A stretch of 64,000 nt of DNA from Octopus sinensis (taxonomy: Eukaryota): positions 9,113,360-9,177,359 of the forward strand of contig NC_043019.1 of NCBI RefSeq assembly GCF_006345805.1, read 5' to 3'. Positions 54,442 through 64,000 of this stretch are shown here, piece after piece. The notes under the pieces are model-generated. The model was given only the letters and a program-made list of their open reading frames with translations, had not been told where the DNA came from and did not search any database. Numbering within the stretch: the first letter of the stretch is position 1; every line of letters starts with the position of its first letter. Made by a program: the position numbers and the translations under genes.

Positions 54442-55335
54442 CAGTATTTCACAGAAGTATGCACACCCCTAAAAACATTTCTGTAACATTGTCATTACTC
54501 TGATAATTTCGAAGGAAATCAAACGAAATTTATATTGAATAAAATATATTAAACATGCAAACGTTATACAAATTTGGAACACAACACGATAAACACCTTC
54601 AAAAATTTCAACGAAATATTAGTTTTCAAACGATACAAAAAATATGTACACCCTAAAGGATCTTTTTCTGGGCCTGGAGTCGACTAAATTTCCGCATATA
54701 ACCGATGAAATCGACCTCCATTCATCCTGAATGATGTCTTTCAACTGTTACATTGTGGGTTTTTTCTCTTCAACCTCAAAACAACCCACAGATGTTCTAT
54801 TGGGTTTAAATTAGGTGACATGGTTGGCCAAGGCAATATTTTTACCTTTTTATACGATAAAAACTTAGTCGTCATCTTTGAAGTGTGTTTAGGGTCATTA
54901 TCATGTAGGAACATGGAATATCTTCCTAGTTCCTTGATGCTTTTCAACATTGTTTTCTGCAATATGTCACAATAAAACCTTGAATCAATTTTCTTTCTCA
55001 ATAAATGTGAGAAGTCCTACACCAGCCACACTCATGAATCCCCTAAGCATAACACTTTCACCGCCATGTTTCACGCTAGGCACGGTGCATTTATCTTCCC
55101 CTGGTCGTTGCCATACTCGTTTAATCCCATCTAAACCAAATAGGTTGGTTTTAGTCTCGTCAGAAAAAAAGAATTTTATTCCAAAACTCGTTCCCCTTTC
55201 ATAGGTTTCGGCAAAAGAAAGACGACTTGATTTTTGCCTGGGAGTGAGGAGAGGCTTCCTTCGGGAAATGCGTCCATGAAGATCACACGGGTTCAAACTC
55301 CAGCAAGTTGTTTGGAAGTTGATCCGTTTTGGCAA
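54442..55335 (-). mobile_element. Tc1-family DD34E transposon, frameshifted; one terminal repeat visible
   Basis: RRKPLL...RLSFA...FSDETK...VKHGG.SVM.../HDNDPKHTSK...WPTMSPNLNPIEHLW, with 34 residues between the second D and the E. The terminus TA|CAGTATTTCACAGAAGTATGCACACCC is at 54442, with an inner direct repeat at 54634-54655. Confidence 0.9.
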
Positions 55336-55670
55336 CCATAAGTTTTCTATTACTTTTCTGAAAGTGTAAAGAAGTAAAATTAGATGTGGTAAATAATATT
55401 TATCTTTACGGGATTTGAAACCGGATAGTTAAAATTCCTATTAACAACAACAGCCACCTGTATGTTTAGTATATTTCTTTACTAGCCACCTGCATGCTTA
55501 GTAATGAAATAATTCGTTTTTTTCTTTTCTTTTTTTTTTGTGTGTGTTAGAAAATTTGCACTCGTCCTGTGATTAATTATTATCTTTAAATTAGCCACGA
55601 GGGTTTGAATGAACTTTTGGTTAGTTTTATCTGAGTTTCCTATTCATTCTGAGGGTATTATTGCCAAAAT

Positions 55671-55696
55671 AGCCCCTTGTGGGTAGTAAAGAAATA
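55671..55696 (+). mobile_element. 26-bp SINE tail-only insertion with 17-bp TSD
   Basis: AGCCCCTTGTGGGTAGTAAAGAAATA is flanked by GGTATTATTGCC(A/G)AAAT at 55654-55670 and 55697-55713. Confidence 0.85.
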
Positions 55697-56373
55697 GGTA
55701 TTATTGCCGAAATGCACTCCCTAAATGAGCTCCCTAAATGGACATAGGTGTGTTTGATTTGATTTTGTAGAACTTTTTTGCTCCTGGATTCTAACTTACC
55801 ATGATGGATTTAAGATTTGAACTTTTTGGATTTAACTTTTATCTGAGGTAAGTAAAAATATTTTTTTAGTCGATTGATATTTTATTTCAGTTTATTTCGA
55901 TTTTTAGGTGCATGACACGCTTTAGAATTTTCAGTCGATTGCTTTTACCATTTTGATGTAGATTTGTATTTTTATTCGCATATATAATGTTACCAACTGT
56001 GCTTTTTGTATATGTATATTGTTATATGTTTAAGGACCATAGTAATATTTATATACGACCAAATGTTTGGGTTATGGCGTTCTATATAAAGTCGTTGACT
56101 CGAATTTGATGTTTATTTTATGATCAATTTTTCTTTATCTCTGTCTCAATTACATTTGAGCAATTCTTTTTTGCAGTCCTATAAACCCTTTTGTTTCCAT
56201 AAAAAGAGACAATAATTATTTCTTGCCGTATATATATGTTCCTAAACGCAAAATTTTATACATTTTTCTAACATAACGATTTAAATATATTCTTTAACCA
56301 TATAACACGAACCTTCTGTAGTTTTTTTCACTCTATTTTGTCTTTATACATCCAACCACGTACTTTCACATAC

Positions 56374-56419
<46 letters not shown>

Positions 56420-56726
56420 GGCACAATGGCCCAGTGGTTAGGGCAGCGGACTCGCGGTCGTAGGATCGCGGTTTCGATTCCCAGACCGGGCGTTGTGAGT
56501 GTTTATTGAGCGAAAACACCCAAAGCTCCACGAGGCTCCGGCAGGGGGGGTCGCAATCCCTGCTGTACTCTTTCGCCACAACTTTCTCTCTCTCTTTCTT
56601 CTGTTGGCCTGCTCGCTTAGCCTGCGGGGTGGCGTCATTTGAAGGCTAAAACAATGCGAAGCGCATTGTGACCAGCGATGTGTAGCAACATTTGATAGCC
56701 TGGTCGGTCACGGTGATCACGGTGAT
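56420..56726 (+). mobile_element. Apparently full-length tRNA-derived SINE inserted in (TA)n
   Basis: A box TGGCCCAGTGG, B box GTTTCGATTCC, CpG-rich body, tail (CACGGTGAT)2. Confidence 0.85.
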
Positions 56727-56774
56727 ATATATATATATGTATGCGCGCGTGTATGTGTGTGTTTATGCATGTAA

Positions 56775-57840
56775 CAAATGGGCTGTCGTCGCTTCGATGA
56801 ATGGATGCACTATCCAACTGAACACAACTCGAAATCGTTCTCTTTTTGATGCTTTGCTATGTTGTGTAGGCGTTCAGTCTTCTCCAGGATTCGCAGATCC
56901 GCTTGCAAAAGTTGCAGCTTGCAAACGTGGTCTTCTTCATTTGCAGATTGATTGAACTCGACTCTACGCTGCGCTCTTTTCTCTTTCAAGATGTTCATAC
57001 AGTCAACCGCAAAATCTAAGATAATTTGGTAGCAAGAGCTCCTCAATAGGTCTCAAATGAAACCTTCTCATTCCCATGTCTTCAGGTTTATCTTGAAGGT
57101 TTCAAGGATTTCTCTAGAGTGTTCTTATAACGAAGCATTGTGCAGTCATGGTCCCTAACACCAGAGCCAAGCACACAATAGTAGAGGGTGTGTCATTGAT
57201 ATGTATCACGTGGTCAACCCACCTCTTCTTTGCCTTGTTAAGGAAACTTTCCATGCCTGGAATATCATCTGTAAGAACTATGTTGTGAACTTTGACCTGC
57301 CGCTTGATGTTTCAAATTGAACGATGGCAGTTCAGATAAATTGAATTTAGCCATTTAATACATCGTCCGTGGAGCGTCCATGTTTCACGGCAGCCTTTGC
57401 TGCCTGGCACACTTTGATCGTTGTGGTTAGGCAGATGCCATGATCTCTCAAGAATTGCTTGACATTAATTGACGAGGTGCTTCTCGGGTAGCAGAATTTT
57501 GGTGCAGCATTTAGAATGTTATTGTCTGCCATTAATCCAATTTGGGGTATACAGGTGATGACTGGTACAAGACCCCAGTCTACCTTAGGTCGAAGAATTT
57601 AACAGTATTAGCAAAACAATCAACTAATACTTGGATGTACACTTGAGTGAATGCTATCAAATCGCTGTTGTTTTCGAATTGAAACCCTCTGAGTCAGTTC
57701 CCTGAGTTTGATTCTGGTTCCGAGGTGCTGCATTTTCAAAATATGATCATCTGTCATAAACTGAATATTCACACTGTCAACATACGTGAACGCAACTTGC
57801 AGAATGGCTGAGAGGTAGATAGCAACAAGACAGTGGGGGG
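56775..57840 (-). mobile_element. RTE-clade LINE relic (RT through 3' end)
   Basis: AIYLSAILQVAFT...NIQFMTD, IQVLVDCFANTVKFFDL, KFCYP.ST, DHGI.LTT.IKV, RWVDHV, LRYKNTL, with a terminal stem-loop near 56785-56800. Confidence 0.8.
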
Positions 57841-58200
57841 AGGGGTTTAGCTTTATACTACATTCATTTGTACGGCTCTGGGTCGGGAGTTGCAGAGTTT
57901 TGAGGAGTGTGGAACCACCTCCAAGCCATTTTATTCCCAGGTCTACACCTGTCAGAGCCCCTGCGATAGGACGATTAACATGTCACGGAATTATCTCCGA
58001 AAGAAGCTCACTTCCCATACCCAACCCCCAAATTGGCCCAGGGCAGATGTAGCCCTTGTGTCAGAAGGACAGAGTGGGTGTGATGTGTGCACAGTCGTTT
58101 CGAAGTTCCATAATCTCTTGTGTTATTTGGACATCTCGATCTTCCAGATACACGATTGACAGACCAGTAACTAAGAGTCAAATACTTTGGCGGTAGTGAT

Positions 58201-58432
58201 GGCGGCGAGCTGGCAGAAACGTTAGCACGCCGGGCGAAATACTTTGCGGCATTTCGTCTGCCGTTACGTTCTGAGTTCAAATTCCGCCGAGGTCGACTTT
58301 GCCTTTCATCCTTTCGGGGTCGATAAATTAAAGTACCAGTTACGCACTGGGGTCGATGTAATCGACTTAATACCTATATCTGTCCTTGTTTGTCCCCTCT
58401 ATGTTTAGCCCCTTGTGGGTAATAAAGAAATA
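58201..58432 (+). mobile_element. Young full-length Meta-domain-like SINE with 9-bp TSD
   Basis: Head GGCGGCGAGCTGGCAGAA, B box GAGTTCAAATTCC, core GAGGTCGACTTTGCCTTTCATCCTTTCGGGGTCGATAAA. TSD GGTAGTGAT at 58192-58200 and 58433-58441. Confidence 0.95.
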
Positions 58433-59226
58433 GGTAGTGATCGGTTTATTCTACGCAGCTGCAACAATGAAATACGTCTGCGTTCGAAGTTTTAGATGCA
58501 ATAAATATGTAGCAAAGACGACAGCAGTCATTATTATCTGAGATAAATTTGCTGAAGAGGAAGCAGGGCAGGTTCTTCATTGATTGTTGACGGCTGAAAT
58601 TTCTTGGAACCACAAAAGCTGGGAATTTATTTATTATAGAATGGTCATCACATGTTTGCTATGATGAAATGCCTCCATACCCGGAGCAGAAATGTGGAAT
58701 GTGTAGCACAGGCAAGGGCGTGTAGGGATCACCTTCAAAATCCTGTGTAATCGACGTCTGGGTCTCCACTGTCGGTCGCCGTGTTGCGAACTTGAGTACT
58801 TTACGATGTCTCCCACTTCTGTTTTAATACGTCTTTTCATTATTTTCTTGTTATCATTTGCTCCGCCATTTTCCAATTTAGTAGCAAAATCAGAATATTT
58901 ATAAATGAATAAACATATATAAATTATGTATTTTTGTGTGTATATGTATATACATATGTATATAGTTATAAATACATATACATACACATATGTGCTTATT
59001 TTTGTATGTGTGTGTGTTGTATAACCTCACAATGCTTCACGAAAACTACCTAATTTTAATATATATATAGACATACATACGTATATACATATATATATAT
59101 ACACATACATACATATATACACACACACATATATATATATATATATACATATATATATACACATATATGTATATCATAAACATATACATACACATGTGAG
59201 TATTTTTGTACATATTATATATACAT

Positions 59227-59259
<33 letters not shown>

Positions 59260-60046
59260 CATTCATCCATATATATATATGTGTGTGTATGTATATCATA
59301 TACGTGTGTATATATATATATATATATATAATTGACACGAACCAAAATGTTTCCTTTCTTTCAGCGACTTTCACGTCATAAATCAAAATTTTAGTTGAAA
59401 GACTTCAAATGGCCGAAAGGCAAATGTCGAGCAACCTTAAATAATATTGTTATAACGCTCCAACCAAATCAAAAGGCTTTCAAGTGTTTACGCGAATCAC
59501 ATATGCAACATTTTGGTTTCATGTAATTCATATATAAATACAAGATCGGTTGAATAAGACCTTTTTATTGCTCGGGAAGCGGTAAAACGGGAAACGCGAG
59601 GCCACAATTTGAACATTGTATGGTTAAAATATATATGATTACATGCGTACACATACACAAATAGATAAATAGAGGGAAAGAGAGGGAGACAGAGATTTGT
59701 ATTTATGGGAATGACGTTTCTTTTAAACGCTTCGTTAAATCCACGGTTGTGTTCGACTTTTATCTTATTTCGTTTTCATATTTTTCGTGTTTGCTTCTTG
59801 GCTTATTTTTTTTCTGTTAAATTTTAGTAATAAATTCCATAAATCAATCTTCGATGTTTCCAGATCTTCCAAGTGTCATTTGTAAGAAATACTGTCGTGA
59901 CACAAGCACACGCACGTACGTATGTGCGTTTGTGTGTGTGTGTGTGTGCGTGTGTGTTATTTCAAACCGTTTGCTTCGGTTCCATGCGATTTAACGTTTC
60001 GCAGGGATCAAACAGGAACCTGTCTTTTTCAGAATTAGGATTATCA

Positions 60047-60254
60047 TAATGTAGCGAAATGGCAGAAACGTTACCGGGCAAAATGCTTAGCGGTATTTCG
60101 TCTGTCTTTGCGTTCTGAGTTCAAATTCCACCGAGGTCGACTTTACCTTTCATCCTTTCGGGGTCGATAAATTAAGTTCCAGTTGCGAACTGGGATCGAT
60201 CTAAATCGACTGTCCCCCTCCCCAAAATTTCGGGCCTTGTGCCTAGAATAGGAA
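60047..60254 (+). mobile_element. Meta-domain-like SINE with 16-bp TSD
   Basis: Direct repeat AGAATTAGGATTATCA at 60031-60046 and 60255-60270. Confidence 0.9.
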
Positions 60255-60399
60255 AGAATTAGGATTATCAAATGGAGATACCGGAAGTCTAAGCGGACTA
60301 CTGAAAGATAGACTTGCAGCCTGCCTTCCGGTCGCCATCTTATGCATGTATGTAGGTAACATGAACTCTCTGGCCGAAGATGACGTAAGAATGGTCAGC

Positions 60400-60608
60400 A
60401 TTTGTCGAACGACCTGCACAAATGATTCGTTTATTGTGATCAAATGTTCGTGCCGCACATTAACTCGCTCTCTCCATCAAATTGATGTCACGTGAATAGG
60501 TGCCACGGTGTGCCATATGCCAGATGATCACAGAGCAGCGTGACGATGAAGTGTTTTGCTCAAAAACACAACACATCGTGAGTGGCAACACCCTAACCAC
60601 ACGCGCCG
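60400..60608 (-). mobile_element. Diverged tRNA-derived SINE
   Basis: Minus strand GGCGCGTGTGGTTAGGGTGTT...GTTGTGTTTTTGAGCAAAACACTT, resembling the head/core of 63462. Confidence 0.5.
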
Positions 60609-60626
60609 TCATATATGTGTGGGTGG

Positions 60627-60716
<90 letters not shown>

Positions 60717-60721
60717 GTGTG

Positions 60722-60752
<31 letters not shown>

Positions 60753-61824
60753 TGTGTGTGTGTGTGTAAACATTGCTACGTACAGAGAAACGAGACATAC
60801 AACACTTAATATGTATATACGTATGTCCATACATACGTACCGAGGCGCCTGTCACCCTACCGACCGGTCTACCTAGGCAAAGACACACATGCATACAACG
60901 CATACATACAAACATCCATACGTGGCATACATATATGTACATACTTACATGTATATACGGGCACATATGGGTACAGTACATCAAAACAACGTTGAACGCA
61001 ATGAGAAACAAAAACATAAAAACAAAAATAATAAAAACGAACTTTTTTTCGGACAACGAAAAAACAGAGAAACGAGACATACAACATAAAGAATATTCCC
61101 CTTCTTCAGTTGTCCCTGTTTCATCTACCCCGCGCCTTTGAAACGTGAGAGAGAGCAACTGAGAAGAAATTGATGTCCGTCAAACATGAATTAAAATCTA
61201 CCAATGAAAAACTCCGGAATCAGAAGAAAGTCGTTAAAAGAAAAAAAATTAATAAGAAATTTAAAGGAAATCAATCAGCAGTTTATTGAAATATGAGCGT
61301 AAATGAATAAATATCAGAGAAACTTCCTCTTGAAGATAACAGATCTTTCGGGGGTGGGGGGGAATCTGGAGTGAGTAAAAAGAGTTTAATCAGGAGAGAA
61401 GATCGCTCGCAGAAACCAGAAAGAAGCATTGTTTCCGTATTCAGCCAAACTCGTATCAGGGTCTCTGATGAGATCCTTAAAGATCCTTCAGTATAGGAAA
61501 GCATCAGGGAGAGGTCTTGTTGTTGGGCGCTGGCACTCGAAAGGAGACGCTCTGTTGGTGGTGTCTTGTCGGTCTTTATCGACAAGCTCTCAGTGTAGTT
61601 ATAAGCATACCATGATGGCTAGCGCTAGTAATGATAAAACTGACATCCCCCAAAAATGCCACGCACATGATGAAAAAGTAACGACCAAGCCTGATCCTCC
61701 GGGATCATTGGGAACGAAACAACTTCATTGTAAACAAACTTATGCATGAGCTGAACGACTCAAGATTAACAGAAGCGCCATGTGAAATGTGAGGTAGCGT
61801 AGGAGAAACCATATATATATTTAT

Positions 61825-62183
61825 CTATGGCTGTGTGGTAAGACGGCTTGCTTTCCAACCACATGCTTTCGGGTTCAGTTCCACTCCATGGTACCTTGGG
61901 CAAGTGTCTTATGCTATCCCCTCGGGCCGACCAAAGCCTTGTAAGGGGATTTGGTAGACGGAAACTGAAAGAAGCTCGTCGCACGTATATATGTGTTTGT
62001 GTGTCTGTGTTTGTCCCCTACCCATCATCGCTTGACAACCGATGTTGGTGCAGTTACGTCACCGTAACCAAGCGGTTCGGTAAAAGAGATCGATAGAATA
62101 AGTACTAAGCTTACAATGAATAAGTCCTGGGGTCGATTTGCGCGACTAAAGGCGGTGCTCCAGCATGGCCCCAATCAAATGAC
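61825..62183 (+). mobile_element. tRNA-derived SINE with CORE-like domain
   Basis: A box TGGCTGTGTGG, B box GGTTCAGTTCC, ACCTTGGGCAAGTGTCTT core; homologous to 4436-4918. Confidence 0.85.
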
Positions 62184-63461
62184 ACATAGAGACGAAGGGG
62201 AAAGCAGAAAAGAGAGAAACATGTTATTGGAACACTGGGGCTCTGAGGGTTGACGCTGCATCAAGGCCATTAATATCTGTGGTGGGTGTGACGATGGTGA
62301 GGGGAGGTCATGGTAGGAATGTTAGAGTAGTGTTCTCGTTGTTTTTGTTGTTGTTGTTAGTGGTGGTGGTGGTGGTGGTTGCGGTGGTTGCGGTGGTAGG
62401 TGTAGTGATACAGTAATGGGCTTATAGTGGAATGTTTGCCTGGTGGTAGTGTTATTGATGGTAGCAGCGGAGATAATACAAAAACGGGATTGTGGCGGTG
62501 GCGGTGGGGGTGGGGTCCTCGCCGTAGTCATCGTCGTTGTGGTGGAGTCGTCGTAGTGTTGGTGGTGGTGATAGGTGGTGTTTATGGTGATAGATGGTGG
62601 GGGTTGCAAATAAAATGAAAGAGAAAAGAAACCTGAAAGAAAAACTAAATAAAAATAAATACCAGCAAAAAGTCATATAAACAATAATAAAAAGAAGGCG
62701 AAACATAAAAATGCGAGAGTGTTCGGCGAAAAGATAGAAAGGCAGTGAAACAATGTTTCTCGACTTTCAAGTGGTGGAGTTAAACAAAGAGTTGTTTTAT
62801 CTTTGTTTGTATTTACACATTAACTAATATCAGCCGATGTTGTTAAATATCTCCCCTCTCGGTTGCAGATTAAGGCTTTTTATCTCTCCACCGCAATTAA
62901 TAGATTTGTACTCTCACCTTTCTCACGTACCAGCAGCATCACTCATCGCCCACAAACACACAATAGCGAACCGCCCCGCCGCCCACGACCTACACCGCTG
63001 CCAGCGTCAGCATCACCGACGAAACACTACAGTTTGTAAACTCTGCCAACAGACATTGCTTCTTCACATATTTAACGTCAGCGGCAAAGTGTTTTCAAGA
63101 ATCCACACCCATTAACCACTTCTTGCCCCCCCCACCACCACCACCACTGCTAGCAACCCCTAAAAGCATTCAGCATCATTGCACCACGACAATCCCATGC
63201 TAACACCTTCAAGATGTTCAGCACCACTCAACTACCACGAACACTGCCCCACCCGCCAAAACAGCACCACTATACTTGATATCGAAACCATACACTCATA
63301 ATTCGTCGCTAACATACAGCACGAACACACAGCTGATACCACGCACCTATTATCGCCTCTACAATACCACTACCATCGTTACTACAACAACACCACTGCA
63401 GCACTATGCATTATACCGCATTCTAGCCTACGGCAAGCTTCGTAACTTAGTGCTATTCACT

Positions 63462-63755
63462 AAGCCTACGTGGCTCAGTGGTTATGGCATTCGGTTCACA
63501 ATCGTAAAACCATGAGTTCGATTACCGACGGCGCGTTGTGTCCTTGGGCAAGATACTTTTACAGTTGATCCAGTCGACTCAGCTGGCAAAAATGAGTCGT
63601 ACATGTAATTCGAAGGGTCTACCTTGTCACATTGAATCTCCCTGAGAACTACTTTGTCTGTGGAGTACTCAGCCATTTGTACGTTACTTTCACGAGCAAG
63701 CTGTTTCGTTCATCGATTCAAGTGGAACCCTCGTCGTCGTAACCGACGGAGAACC
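63462..63755 (+). mobile_element. tRNA-derived SINE with RTE-like tail
   Basis: TGGCTCAGTGG A box, GAGTTCGATT B box, GTGTCCTTGGGCAAGATACTT, tail CCCTCGTCGTCGTAACCGACGG. Confidence 0.85.
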
Positions 63756-64000
63756 AGTGATCTACAACACCACTACATACAACACGTCACTGCAACATTA
63801 AGCACAACCTCACACCATATTAACACTACAACACCACTACAACATCAGAAGCCGCCGCCGCCACCACACAGCGCTGCAGGACTACCTTAAGACAAACACC
63901 ACTCACACTACCACAGTAACTTCAGGACTCGCTGCTCCCTCAAAGCTATATTCCACGGCTGCGCTGATCGCACTACCATCAAGCACCTACACCACCACCG

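Noticed and set aside
58634-58987. Minus-strand ORF with a CpG-rich middle as a host exon
   Set aside because: No recognisable domain and no strong splice signals.
61468-61500. CTGATGA-GATC...GATC hammerhead candidate
   Set aside because: Stem II is not followed directly by GAAA, and no stems I or III form.

Overview
This is AT-rich, microsatellite-saturated eukaryotic DNA with no intact protein-coding gene that I can support. Nearly all ORFs in the track are translated simple repeats or decayed transposon fragments. The SINE families and microsatellite load look like an octopus (coleoid cephalopod) intronic or intergenic region; that is an inference from recalled repeat families, not a search result. 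Contents: many tRNA-derived SINEs of at least four families, and relics of RTE, CR1-like and R4/Dong-like (RLE) LINEs. There is also a Naiad-type Penelope-like element, a decayed DD34E Tc1 transposon, a hAT MITE with a perfect 8-bp TSD, a non-autonomous Helitron and a 100-N gap. Four signals stand out. (1) A 482-bp non-coding repeat unit with an intact type I hammerhead ribozyme, in an inverted plus partial-tandem layout (43.9-44.7 kb). (2) Four more hammerhead-like motifs in unrelated repeats, one fused to a tRNA-derived head. (3) A SINE subfamily whose GAAATA tail is followed by GGTA in all six copies found, four of them at the same internal site of related SINEs. (4) An RLE LINE embedded in (CATA)n on both sides.
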